Shown: piece by piece, positions 12,801 through 26,385 of the stretch
Position numbering within the stretch: the first letter of the stretch is position 1
Layout: the number at the start of each line of letters is the position of its first letter
Source: Eledone cirrhosa
Lineage: Eukaryota
Direction: 5' to 3'
NCBI GenBank assembly: GCA_964016885.1
Contig: OZ024744.1
Coordinates: 14,508,001-14,572,000, forward strand
DNA length: 64,000 nucleotides
Translations under genes and position numbers: made by a program
The notes under the pieces: generated by a model
What the model was told of the DNA's origin: nothing
Seen by the model: the letters and a program-made list of their open reading frames with translations, nothing else
Database searches by the model: none

Positions 12801-14485
12801 CAATGCTCTAACCACTAAGACATATGCCTCCATTGCAAGGCCAATGCTCTAACCACTAAGACATGTGCCTCCATTGCAAGGTCAATGCTCTAACCACTAA
12901 GTCATGTGCCTCCATTGCAAGGCCAATGCTCTAACCACTAAGTCATGTGCCTACATTGCAAGGCCAATGCTCTAACCACTAAGTCATGTGCCTCCATTGC
13001 AAGGCCAATGCTCTAACCACTAAGTCATGCGCCTCCATTGCAAGGCCAATGCTCTAACCACTAAGCCATGTGCCTCCATTGCAAGGCCAATGCTCTAACC
13101 ACTAAGCCATGTGCCTCCATTGCAAGGCCAATTCTCTAACCACTAAGCCATGTGCCTCCATTGCAAGGCCAATGCTCTAACCACTAAGTCATGTGCCTCC
13201 ATTGCAAGCCCAATGCTCTAACCACTAAACCATCTGCCTCCATTGCAAGGCCAATGCTCTAACCACTAAGCCATGTGCCTCCATTGCAAGGCCAATGCTC
13301 TAACCACTAAGTCATGTGCCTCCATTGCAAGGCCAATGCTCTAACCACTAAACCATCTGCCTCCATTGCAAGGCCAATGCTCTAACCACTAAGTCATGTG
13401 CCCCCCATTGCAAGGCCAATGCTCTAACCACTAAGCCATGTGCCTCCATTGTAAGGCCAATGCTCTAACCACTAAGCCATGTTCCTCCATTGCAAGGCCA
13501 ATGCTCTAACCACTAAGTCATGTTCCTCCATTGCAAATCCAATGCTCTAACCACTAAGCCATGTGCCTCCATTGCAAGGCCAATGCTCTAACCACTAAGC
13601 CATGTGCCACCATTGCAAAGCCAATGCTCTAACCACTATGTCATGTGCCACCATTGCAAGGCCAATGCTCTAACCACTAAACCATCTGCCTCCGTTGCAA
13701 GGCCAATGCTCTAACCACTAAGCCATCTGCCTCCATTGCAAGGCCAATGCTCTAACCACTAAGCCATGTGCCTCCATTGCAAGGCCAATGCTCTAACCAC
13801 TAAGCCATGTGCCTCCACTGCAAGGCCAATGCTCTAACCACTAAGTCATGTGCCTCCATTGCAAGGCCAATGCTCTAACCACTAAGTCATGTGCCTCCAT
13901 TGCAAGGCCAATGCTCTAACCACTAAGCCCTGTGCCTCCATTGCAAGGCCAATGCTCTAACAACTAAGCCATGTGCCTCCATTGCAAGGCCAACGCTCTA
14001 ACCACTAAGCCATGTGCCTCCATTGCAAGGCCAATGCTCTAACCACTAAGCCATGTGCCTCCATTGCAAGGCCAATGCTCTAACCACTAAGCCATGTGCC
14101 TCCATTGCAAGGCCAATGCTCTAACAACTAAGCCATGTGCCTCCATTGCAAGGCCAACGCTCTAACCACTAAGCCATGTGCCTCCATTGCAAGGCCAATG
14201 CTCTAACCACTAAGCCATGTGCCTCCATTGCAAGGCCAATGCTCTAACCACTAAGCCATGTGCCTCCATTGCAAGGCCAATGCTCTAACCACTAAGCCAT
14301 GTGCTTCCATTCCAAGGCCAATGCTCTAACCACTAAGCCATGTGCCTCCATTGCAAGGCCAATGTTCTAACCACTAATTCATGTGCCTCCATTACAAGGC
14401 CAACGCTCTAACCACTAAGCCATGTGCCTCCATTGCAAGGCCAATGCTCTAACCACTAAGCCATGTGCCTCCATTGCAAGGCCAA
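9820..14485. repeat. Tandem duplication, 2338-bp unit (57 monomers + 1 bp)
   Basis: Markers at constant offset 2338: CCAAAGCACTAAC 9891/12229, ATAAGCCAAG 9821/12159, 6-C insertion monomer 11063/13401. Confidence 0.9.
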
Positions 14486-17077
14486 TGCTCTAACCACTAA
14501 GCCATGTATCTCCATTGCAAGGACAATGCTCTAACCACTAAGTCATGTGCCTCCATTGCAAGGCCAATGCTCTAACCACTAAGCCATGTGCCTCCATTGC
14601 AAGGCCAATGCTCTAACCACTAAGCCATGTGCCTCCATTGCAAGGCCAATGCTCTAACCACTAAGCCATGTGCCTCCACTGCAAGGCCAATGCTCTAACC
14701 ACTAAGTCATGTGCCTCCATTGCAAGGCCAATGCTCTAACCACTAAGTCATGTGCCTCCATTGCAAGGCCAATGCTCTAACCACTAAGCCATGTGCCTCC
14801 ATTGCAAGGCCAATGCTCTAACAACTAAGCCATGTGCCTCCATTGCAAAGCCAACGCTCTAACCACTAAGCCATGTGCCTCCATTGCAAGGCCAATGCTC
14901 TAACCACTAAGCCATGTGCCTCCATTGCAAGGCCAATGCTCTAACCACTAAGCCATGTGCCTCCATTGCAAGGCCAATGCTCTAACCACTAAGCCATGTG
15001 CCTCCATTGCAAGGCCAATGTTCTAACCACTAAGTCATGTGCCTCCATTGCAAGGCCAATGCTCTAACCACTAAGTCATGTGCCTCCATTGCAAGGCCAA
15101 TGCTCTAACCACTAAACCATCTGCCTCCATTGCAAGGCCAATGCTCTAACCACTAAGTCATGTGCCTCCATTGCAAGGCCAATGCTCTAACCACTAAGCC
15201 ATGTGCCTCCATTGCAAGGCCAATACTCTAACCACTAAGTCATGTGCCTCCATTGCAAGGCCAATGCTCTAACCACTAAGTCATGTGCCTCCATTGCAAG
15301 GTCAATGCTCTAACCACTAAGTCATGTGCCTCCATTGCAAGGCCAATGCTCTAACCACTAAGTCATGTGCCTCCATTGCAAGGCCAATGCTCTAACCACT
15401 AAGTCATGTGCCTCCATTGCAAGGCCAATGCTCTAACCACTAAGTCATGCGCCTCCATTGCAAGGCCAATGCTCTAACCACTAAGCCATGTGCCTCGATT
15501 GCAAGGCCAATGCTCTAACCACTAAGCCATGTGCCTCCATTGCAAGTCCAATTCTCTAACCACTAAGCCATGTGCCTCCATTGCAAGGCCAATGCTCTAA
15601 CCACTAAGTCATGTGCCTCCATTGCAAGGCCAATGCTCTAACCACTAAGCCATGTGCCTCCACTGCAAGGCCAATGCTCTAACCACTAAGTCATGTGCCT
15701 CCATTGCAAGGCCAATGCTCTAACCACTAAGTCATGTGCCTCCATTGCAAGGCCAATGCTCTAACCACTAAGCCATGTGCCTCCATTGCAAGGCCAATAC
15801 TCTAACCACTAAGTCATGTGCCTCCATTGCAAGGCCAATGCTCTAACCACTAAACCATCTGCCTCCGTTGCAAGGCCAATGCTCTAACCACTAAGCCATC
15901 TGCCTCCATTGCAAGGCCAATGCTCTAACCACTAAGCCATGTGCCTCCATTGCAAGGCCAATGCTCTAACCACTAAGCCATGTGCCTCCACTGCAAGGCC
16001 AATGCTCTAACCACTAAGTCATGTGCCTCCATTGCAAGGCCAATGCTCTAACCACTAAGTCATGTGCCTCCATTGCAAGGCCAATGCTCTAACCACTAAG
16101 CCCTGTGCCTCCATTGCAAGGCCAATGCTCTAACAACTAAGCCATGTGCCTCCATTGCAAGGCCAACGCTCTAACCACTAAGCCATGTGCCTCCATTGCA
16201 AGGCCAATGCTCTAACCACTAAGCCATGTGCCTCCATTGCAAGGCCAATGCTCTAACCACTAAGCCATGTGCCTCCATTGCAAGGCCAATGCTCTAACAA
16301 CTAAGCCATGTGCCTCCATTGCAAGGCCAACGCTCTAACCACTAAGCCATGTGCCTCCATTGCAAGGCCAATGCTCTAACCACTAAGCCATGTGCCTCCA
16401 TTGCAAGGCCAATGCTCTAACCACTAAGCCATGTGCCTCCATTGCAAGGCCAATGCTCTAACCACTAAGCCATGTGCTTCCATTCCAAGGCCAATGCTCT
16501 AACCACTAAGCCATGTGCCTCCATTGCAAGGCCAATGTTCTAACCACTAATTCATGTGCCTCCATTACAAGGCCAACGCTCTAACCACTAAGCCATGTGC
16601 CTCCATTGCAAGGCCAATGCTCTAACCACTAAGCCATGTGCCTCCATTGCAAGGCCAATGCTCTAACCACTAAGCCATGTATCTCCATTGCAAGGACAAT
16701 GCTCTAACCACTAAGTCATGTGCCTCCATTGCAAGGCCAATGCTCTAACCACTAAGCCATGTGCCTCCATTGCAAGGCCAATGCTCTAACCACTAAGCCA
16801 TGTGCCTCCATTGCAAGGCCAATGCTCTAACCACTAAGCCATGTGCCTCCACTGCAAGGCCAATGCTCTAACCACTAAGTCATGTGCCTCCATTGCAAGG
16901 CCAATGCTCTAACCACTAAGTCATGTGCCTCCATTGCAAGGCCAATGCTCTAACCACTAAGCCATGTGCCTCCATTGCAAGGCCAATGCTCTAACAACTA
17001 AGCCATGTGCCTCCATTGCAAAGCCAACGCTCTAACCACTAAGCCATGTGCCTCCATTGCAAGGCCAATGCTCTAAC
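11442..17077. repeat. ~5.6-kb block, copy 1 (repeated at offset 9308 bp)
   Basis: Markers at offset 9308: CCACTG 11480/20788, GCCAAAGCAC 12143/21451, 6-C monomer 13401/22709, AAAGCCAACG 17023/26331. Confidence 0.88.
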
Positions 17078-20000
17078 AACTAAGCCATGTGCCTCCATTG
17101 CAAGGCCAACGCTCTAACCACTAAGCCATGTGCCTTCATTGCAAGGCCAATGCTCTAACCACTAAGCCATGTGCCTCCATTGCAAGGCCAATGCTCTAAC
17201 CACTAAGCCATGTGCCTCCATTGCAAGGCCAATGCTCTAACAACTAAGCCATGTGCCTCCATTGCAAGGCCAACGCTCTAACCACTAAGCCATGTGCCTC
17301 CATTGCAAGGCCAATGCTCTAACCACTAAGCCATGTGCCTCCATTGCAAGGCCAATGCTCTAACCACTAAGCCATGTGCCTCCATTGCAAGGCCAATGCT
17401 CTAACCACTAAGCCATGTGCTTCCATTCCAAGGCCAATGCTCTAACCACTAAGCCATGTGCCTCCATTGCAAGGCCAATGTTCTAACCACTAATTCATGT
17501 GCCTCCATTACAAGGCCAACGCTCTAACCACTAAGCCATGTGCCTCCATTGCAAGGCCAATGCTCTAACCACTAAGCCATGTGCCTCCATTGCAAGGCCA
17601 ATGCTCTAACCACTAAGCCATGTATCTCCATTGCAAGGACAATGCTCTAACCACTAAGTCATGTGCCTCCATTGCAAGGCCAATGCTCTAACCACTAAGC
17701 CATGTGCCTCCATTGCAAGGCCAATGCTCTAACCACTAAGCCATGTGCCTCCATTGCAAGGCCAATGCTCTAACCACTAAGCCATGTGCCTCCACTGCAA
17801 GGCCAATGCTCTAACCACTAAGTCATGTGCCTCCATTGCAAGGCCAATGCTCTAACCACTAAGTCATGTGCCTCCATTGCAAGGCCAATGCTCTAACCAC
17901 TAAGCCATGTGCCTCCATTGCAAGGCCAATGCTCTAACAACTAAGCCATGTGCCTCCATTGCAAAGCCAACGCTCTAACCACTAAGCCATGTGCCTCCAC
18001 TGCAAGGCCAATGCTCTAACCACTAAGCCATGTGCCTCCACTGCAAGGCCAATGCTCTAACCACTAAGTCATGTGCCTCCATTGCAAGGCCAATGCTCTA
18101 ACCACTAAGTCATGTGCCTCCATTGCAAGGCCAATGCTCTAACCACTAAGCCCTGTGCCTCCATTGCAAGGCCAATGCTCTAACAACTAAGCCATGTGCC
18201 TCCATTGCAAGGCCAACGCTCTAACCACTAAGCCATGTGCCTCCATTGCAAGGCCAATGCTCTAACCACTAAGCCATGTGCCTCCATTGCAAGGCCAATG
18301 CTCTAACCACTAAGCCATGTGCCTCCATTGCAAGGCCAATGCTCTAACAACTAAGCCATGTGCCTCCATTGCAAGGCCAACGCTCTAACCACTAAGCCAT
18401 GTGCCTCCATTGCAAGGCCAATGCTCTAACCACTAAGTCATGTGCCTCCATTGCAAGGCCAATGCTCTAACCACTAAGTCATGTGCCTCCATTGCAAGGC
18501 CAATGCTCTAACCACTAAGCCATGTGCCTCCATTGCAAGGCCAATACTCTAACCACTAAGTCATGTGCCTCCATTGCAAGGCCAATGCTCTAACCACTAA
18601 ACCATCTGCCTCCGTTGCAAGGCCAATGCTCTAACCACTAAGCCATCTGCCTCCATTGCAAGGCCAATGCTCTAACCACTAAGCCATGTGCCTCCATTGC
18701 AAGGCCAATGCTCTAACCACTAAGCCATGTGCCTCCACTGCAAGGCCAATGCTCTAACCACTAAGTCATGTGCCTCCATTGCAAGGCCAATGCTCTAACC
18801 ACTAAGTCATGTGCCTCCATTGCAAGGCCAATGCTCTAACCACTAAGCCCTGTGCCTCCATTGCAAGGCCAATGCTCTAACAACTAAGCCATGTGCCTCC
18901 ATTGCAAGGCCAACGCTCTAACCACTAAGCCATGTGCCTCCATTGCAAGGCCAATGCTCTAACCACTAAGCCATGTGCCTCCATTGCAAGGCCAATGCTC
19001 TAACCACTAAGCCATGTGCCTCCATTGCAAGGCCAATGCTCTAACAACTAAGCCATGTGCCTCCATTGCAAGGCCAACGCTCTAACCACTAAGCCATGTG
19101 CCTCCATTGCAAGGCCAATGCTCTAACCACTAAGCCATGTGCCTCCATTGCAAGGCCAATGCTCTAACCACTAAGCCATGTGCCTCCATTGCAAGGCCAA
19201 TGCTCTAACCACTAAGCCATGTGCTTCCATTCCAAGGCCAATGCTCTAACCACTAAGCCATGTGCCTCCATTGCAAGGCCAATGTTCTAACCACTAATTC
19301 ATGTGCCTCCATTACAAGGCCAACGCTCTAACCACTAAGCCATGTGCCTCCATTGCAAGGCCAATGCTCTAACCACTAAGCCATGTGCCTCCATTGCAAG
19401 GCCAATGCTCTAACCACTAAGCCATGTATCTCCATTGCAAGGACAATGCTCTAACCACTAAGTCATGTGCCTCCATTGCAAGGCCAATGCTCTAACCACT
19501 AAGCCATGTGCCTCCATTGCAAGGCCAATGCTCTAACCACTAAGCCATGTGCCTCCATTGCAAGGCCAATGCTCTAACCACTAAGCCATGTGCCTCCACT
19601 GCAAGGCCAATGCTCTAACCACTAAGTCATGTGCCTCCATTGCAAGGCCAATGCTCTAACCACTAAGTCATGTGCCTCCATTGCAAGGCCAATGCTCTAA
19701 CCACTAAGCCATGTGCCTCCATTGCAAGGCCAATGCTCTAACAACTAAGCCATGTGCCTCCATTGCAAAGCCAACGCTCTAACCACTAAGCCATGTGCCT
19801 CCATTGCAAGGCCAATGCTCTAACAACTAAGCCATGTGCCTCCATTGCAAGGCCAACGCTCTAACCACTAAGCCATGTGCCTCCATTGCAAGGCCAATGC
19901 TCTAACCACTAAGCCATGTGCCTCCATTGCAAGGCCAATGCTCTAACCACTAAGCCATGTGCCTCCATTGCAAGGCCAATGCTCTAACAACTAAGCCATG

Positions 20001-21184
20001 TGCCTCCATTGCAAGGCCAACGCTCTAACCACTAAGCCATGTGCCTCCATTGCAAGGCCAATGCTCTAACCACTAAGCCATGTGCCTCCATTGCAAGGCC
20101 AATGCTCTAACCACTAAGCCATGTGCCTCCATTGCAAGGCCAATGCTCTAACCACTAAGCCATGTGCTTCCATTCCAAGGCCAATGCTCTAACCACTAAG
20201 CCATGTGCCTCCATTGCAAGGCCAATGTTCTAACCACTAATTCATGTGCCTCCATTACAAGGCCAACGCTCTAACCACTAAGCCATGTGCCTCCATTGCA
20301 AGGCCAATGCTCTAACCACTAAGCCATGTGCCTCCATTGCAAGGCCAATGCTCTAACCACTAAGCCATGTATCTCCATTGCAAGGACAATGCTCTAACCA
20401 CTAAGTCATGTGCCTCCATTGCAAGGCCAATGCTCTAACCACTAAGCCATGTGCCTCCATTGCAAGGCCAATGCTCTAACCACTAAGCCATGTGCCTCCA
20501 TTGCAAGGCCAATGCTCTAACCACTAAGCCATGTGCCTCCACTGCAAGGCCAATGCTCTAACCACTAAGTCATGTGCCTCCATTGCAAGGCCAATGCTCT
20601 AACCACTAAGTCATGTGCCTCCATTGCAAGGCCAATGCTCTAACCACTAAGCCATGTGCCTCCATTGCAAGGCCAATGCTCTAACAACTAAGCCATGTGC
20701 CTCCATTGCAAAGCCAACGCTCTAACCACTAAGCCATGTGCCTCCACTGCAAGGCCAATGCTCTAACCACTAAGCCATGTGCCTCCACTGCAAGGCCAAT
20801 GCTCTAACCACTAAGTCATGTGCCTCCATTGCAAGGCCAATGCTCTAACCACTAAGTCATGTGCCTCCATTGCAAGGCCAATGCTCTAACCACTAAGCCC
20901 TGTGCCTCCATTGCAAGGCCAATGCTCTAACAACTAAGCCATGTGCCTCCATTGCAAGGCCAACGCTCTAACCACTAAGCCATGTGCCTCCATTGCAAGG
21001 CCAATGCTCTAACCACTAAGCCATGTGCCTCCATTGCAAGGCCAATGCTCTAACCACTAAGCCATGTGCCTCCATTGCAAGGCCAATGCTCTAACAACTA
21101 AGCCATGTGCCTCCATTGCAAGGCCAACGCTCTAACCACTAAGCCATGTGCCTCCATTGCAAGGCCAATGCTCTAACCACTAAG
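15665..21184. repeat. Tandem duplication, 2747-bp unit (67 monomers), containing a nested 943-bp (23-monomer) duplication
   Basis: Offset 2747: AATACT 15799/18546, CATGTGCTTCCATTCC 16471/19218 and 17414/20161, CCCTGTG 18151/20898. Nested offset 943: 16471/17414 and 19218/20161. Confidence 0.88.
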
Positions 21185-24100
21185 CCATGTGCCTCCATTG
21201 CAAGGCCAATGCTCTAACCACTAAGCCATGTGCCTCCATTGCAAGGCCAATGCTCTAACCACTAAGCCATGTGCTTCCATTCCAAGGCCAATGCTCTAAC
21301 CACTAAGCCATGTGCCTCCATTGCAAGGCCAATGTTCTAACCACTAATTCATGTGCCTCCATTACAAGGCCAACGCTCTAACCACTAAGCCATGTGCCTC
21401 CATTGCAAGGCCAATGCTCTAACCACTAAGCCATGTGCCTCCATTGCAAGGCCAAAGCACTAACCAATAAGCCAAGTGCCTCCATTGCAAGGCCAATACT
21501 CTAACCACAAAGCCATGTGCCTCCATTGCAAGGCCAAAGCACTAACCAATAAGCCATGTGCCTCCATTGCAAGGCCAATGCTCTAACCACTAAGCAATGT
21601 GCCTCCATTGCAAGGCCAATGCTCTAACCACTAAGCCATGTTCCTCCATTGCAAGGACAATGCTCTAACCACTAAGTCATGTTCCTCCATTGCAAAGCTA
21701 ATGCTCTAACCACTAAGCCATGTGCCCCCATTGCAAGGCCAATGCTCTAACCACTAAGCCATGTGCCACCATTGCAAGGCCAATGCTCTAACCACTAAAC
21801 CATCTGCCTCCGTTGCAAGGCCAATGCTCTAACCACTATGCCATCTGCCTCCATTGCAAGGCCAATGCTCTAACCACTAAGCCATGTGCCTCCATTGCAA
21901 GGCGAATGCTCTAACCAATAAGCCATGTGCCTCCATTGCAAGGCCAATGTTCTAACCACTAAGTCATGTGCCTCCATTGCAAGGCCAATGCTCTAACCAC
22001 TAAGTCATGTGCCTCCATTGCAAGGCCAATGCTCTAACCACTAAGACATATGCCTCCATTGCAAGGCCAATACTCTAACCACTAAGTCATGTGCCTCCAT
22101 TGCAAGGTCAATGCTCTAACCACTAAGACATATGCCTCCATTGCAAGGCCAATGCTCTAACCACTAAGACATGTGCCTCCATTGCAAGGTCAATGCTCTA
22201 ACCACTAAGTCATGTGCCTCCATTGCAAGGCCAATGCTCTAACCACTAAGTCATGTGCCTACATTGCAAGGCCAATGCTCTAACCACTAAGTCATGTGCC
22301 TCCATTGCAAGGCCAATGCTCTAACCACTAAGTCATGCGCCTCCATTGCAAGGCCAATGCTCTAACCACTAAGCCATGTGCCTCCATTGCAAGGCCAATG
22401 CTCTAACCACTAAGCCATGTGCCTCCATTGCAAGGCCAATTCTCTAACCACTAAGCCATGTGCCTCCATTGCAAGGCCAATGCTCTAACCACTAAGTCAT
22501 GTGCCTCCATTGCAAGCCCAATGCTCTAACCACTAAACCATCTGCCTCCATTGCAAGGCCAATGCTCTAACCACTAAGCCATGTGCCTCCATTGCAAGGC
22601 CAATGCTCTAACCACTAAGTCATGTGCCTCCATTGCAAGGCCAATGCTCTAACCACTAAACCATCTGCCTCCATTGCAAGGCCAATGCTCTAACCACTAA
22701 GTCATGTGCCCCCCATTGCAAGGCCAATGCTCTAACCACTAAGCCATGTGCCTCCATTGTAAGGCCAATGCTCTAACCACTAAGCCATGTTCCTCCATTG
22801 CAAGGCCAATGCTCTAACCACTAAGTCATGTTCCTCCATTGCAAATCCAATGCTCTAACCACTAAGCCATGTGCCTCCATTGCAAGGCCAATGCTCTAAC
22901 CACTAAGCCATGTGCCACCATTGCAAAGCCAATGCTCTAACCACTATGTCATGTGCCACCATTGCAAGGCCAATGCTCTAACCACTAAACCATCTGCCTC
23001 CGTTGCAAGGCCAATGCTCTAACCACTAAGCCATCTGCCTCCATTGCAAGGCCAATGCTCTAACCACTAAGCCATGTGCCTCCATTGCAAGGCCAATGCT
23101 CTAACCACTAAGCCATGTGCCTCCACTGCAAGGCCAATGCTCTAACCACTAAGTCATGTGCCTCCATTGCAAGGCCAATGCTCTAACCACTAAGTCATGT
23201 GCCTCCATTGCAAGGCCAATGCTCTAACCACTAAGCCCTGTGCCTCCATTGCAAGGCCAATGCTCTAACAACTAAGCCATGTGCCTCCATTGCAAGGCCA
23301 ACGCTCTAACCACTAAGCCATGTGCCTCCATTGCAAGGCCAATGCTCTAACCACTAAGCCATGTGCCTCCATTGCAAGGCCAATGCTCTAACCACTAAGC
23401 CATGTGCCTCCATTGCAAGGCCAATGCTCTAACAACTAAGCCATGTGCCTCCATTGCAAGGCCAACGCTCTAACCACTAAGCCATGTGCCTCCATTGCAA
23501 GGCCAATGCTCTAACCACTAAGCCATGTGCCTCCATTGCAAGGCCAATGCTCTAACCACTAAGCCATGTGCCTCCATTGCAAGGCCAATGCTCTAACCAC
23601 TAAGCCATGTGCTTCCATTCCAAGGCCAATGCTCTAACCACTAAGCCATGTGCCTCCATTGCAAGGCCAATGTTCTAACCACTAATTCATGTGCCTCCAT
23701 TACAAGGCCAACGCTCTAACCACTAAGCCATGTGCCTCCATTGCAAGGCCAATGCTCTAACCACTAAGCCATGTGCCTCCATTGCAAGGCCAATGCTCTA
23801 ACCACTAAGCCATGTATCTCCATTGCAAGGACAATGCTCTAACCACTAAGTCATGTGCCTCCATTGCAAGGCCAATGCTCTAACCACTAAGCCATGTGCC
23901 TCCATTGCAAGGCCAATGCTCTAACCACTAAGCCATGTGCCTCCATTGCAAGGCCAATGCTCTAACCACTAAGCCATGTGCCTCCACTGCAAGGCCAATG
24001 CTCTAACCACTAAGTCATGTGCCTCCATTGCAAGGCCAATGCTCTAACCACTAAGTCATGTGCCTCCATTGCAAGGCCAATGCTCTAACCACTAAGCCAT

Positions 24101-26385
24101 GTGCCTCCATTGCAAGGCCAATGCTCTAACAACTAAGCCATGTGCCTCCATTGCAAAGCCAACGCTCTAACCACTAAGCCATGTGCCTCCATTGCAAGGC
24201 CAATGCTCTAACCACTAAGCCATGTGCCTCCATTGCAAGGCCAATGCTCTAACCACTAAGCCATGTGCCTCCATTGCAAGGCCAATGCTCTAACCACTAA
24301 GCCATGTGCCTCCATTGCAAGGCCAATGTTCTAACCACTAAGTCATGTGCCTCCATTGCAAGGCCAATGCTCTAACCACTAAGTCATGTGCCTCCATTGC
24401 AAGGCCAATGCTCTAACCACTAAACCATCTGCCTCCATTGCAAGGCCAATGCTCTAACCACTAAGTCATGTGCCTCCATTGCAAGGCCAATGCTCTAACC
24501 ACTAAGCCATGTGCCTCCATTGCAAGGCCAATACTCTAACCACTAAGTCATGTGCCTCCATTGCAAGGCCAATGCTCTAACCACTAAGTCATGTGCCTCC
24601 ATTGCAAGGTCAATGCTCTAACCACTAAGTCATGTGCCTCCATTGCAAGGCCAATGCTCTAACCACTAAGTCATGTGCCTCCATTGCAAGGCCAATGCTC
24701 TAACCACTAAGTCATGTGCCTCCATTGCAAGGCCAATGCTCTAACCACTAAGTCATGCGCCTCCATTGCAAGGCCAATGCTCTAACCACTAAGCCATGTG
24801 CCTCGATTGCAAGGCCAATGCTCTAACCACTAAGCCATGTGCCTCCATTGCAAGTCCAATTCTCTAACCACTAAGCCATGTGCCTCCATTGCAAGGCCAA
24901 TGCTCTAACCACTAAGTCATGTGCCTCCATTGCAAGGCCAATGCTCTAACCACTAAGCCATGTGCCTCCACTGCAAGGCCAATGCTCTAACCACTAAGTC
25001 ATGTGCCTCCATTGCAAGGCCAATGCTCTAACCACTAAGTCATGTGCCTCCATTGCAAGGCCAATGCTCTAACCACTAAGCCATGTGCCTCCATTGCAAG
25101 GCCAATACTCTAACCACTAAGTCATGTGCCTCCATTGCAAGGCCAATGCTCTAACCACTAAACCATCTGCCTCCGTTGCAAGGCCAATGCTCTAACCACT
25201 AAGCCATCTGCCTCCATTGCAAGGCCAATGCTCTAACCACTAAGCCATGTGCCTCCATTGCAAGGCCAATGCTCTAACCACTAAGCCATGTGCCTCCACT
25301 GCAAGGCCAATGCTCTAACCACTAAGTCATGTGCCTCCATTGCAAGGCCAATGCTCTAACCACTAAGTCATGTGCCTCCATTGCAAGGCCAATGCTCTAA
25401 CCACTAAGCCCTGTGCCTCCATTGCAAGGCCAATGCTCTAACAACTAAGCCATGTGCCTCCATTGCAAGGCCAACGCTCTAACCACTAAGCCATGTGCCT
25501 CCATTGCAAGGCCAATGCTCTAACCACTAAGCCATGTGCCTCCATTGCAAGGCCAATGCTCTAACCACTAAGCCATGTGCCTCCATTGCAAGGCCAATGC
25601 TCTAACAACTAAGCCATGTGCCTCCATTGCAAGGCCAACGCTCTAACCACTAAGCCATGTGCCTCCATTGCAAGGCCAATGCTCTAACCACTAAGCCATG
25701 TGCCTCCATTGCAAGGCCAATGCTCTAACCACTAAGCCATGTGCCTCCATTGCAAGGCCAATGCTCTAACCACTAAGCCATGTGCTTCCATTCCAAGGCC
25801 AATGCTCTAACCACTAAGCCATGTGCCTCCATTGCAAGGCCAATGTTCTAACCACTAATTCATGTGCCTCCATTACAAGGCCAACGCTCTAACCACTAAG
25901 CCATGTGCCTCCATTGCAAGGCCAATGCTCTAACCACTAAGCCATGTGCCTCCATTGCAAGGCCAATGCTCTAACCACTAAGCCATGTATCTCCATTGCA
26001 AGGACAATGCTCTAACCACTAAGTCATGTGCCTCCATTGCAAGGCCAATGCTCTAACCACTAAGCCATGTGCCTCCATTGCAAGGCCAATGCTCTAACCA
26101 CTAAGCCATGTGCCTCCATTGCAAGGCCAATGCTCTAACCACTAAGCCATGTGCCTCCACTGCAAGGCCAATGCTCTAACCACTAAGTCATGTGCCTCCA
26201 TTGCAAGGCCAATGCTCTAACCACTAAGTCATGTGCCTCCATTGCAAGGCCAATGCTCTAACCACTAAGCCATGTGCCTCCATTGCAAGGCCAATGCTCT
26301 AACAACTAAGCCATGTGCCTCCATTGCAAAGCCAACGCTCTAACCACTAAGCCATGTGCCTCCATTGCAAGGCCAATGCTCTAAC
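20750..26385. repeat. ~5.6-kb block, copy 2
   Basis: Same marker order as 11442-17077. The one difference I noticed is CCACAAAGCC near 21509. Confidence 0.88.
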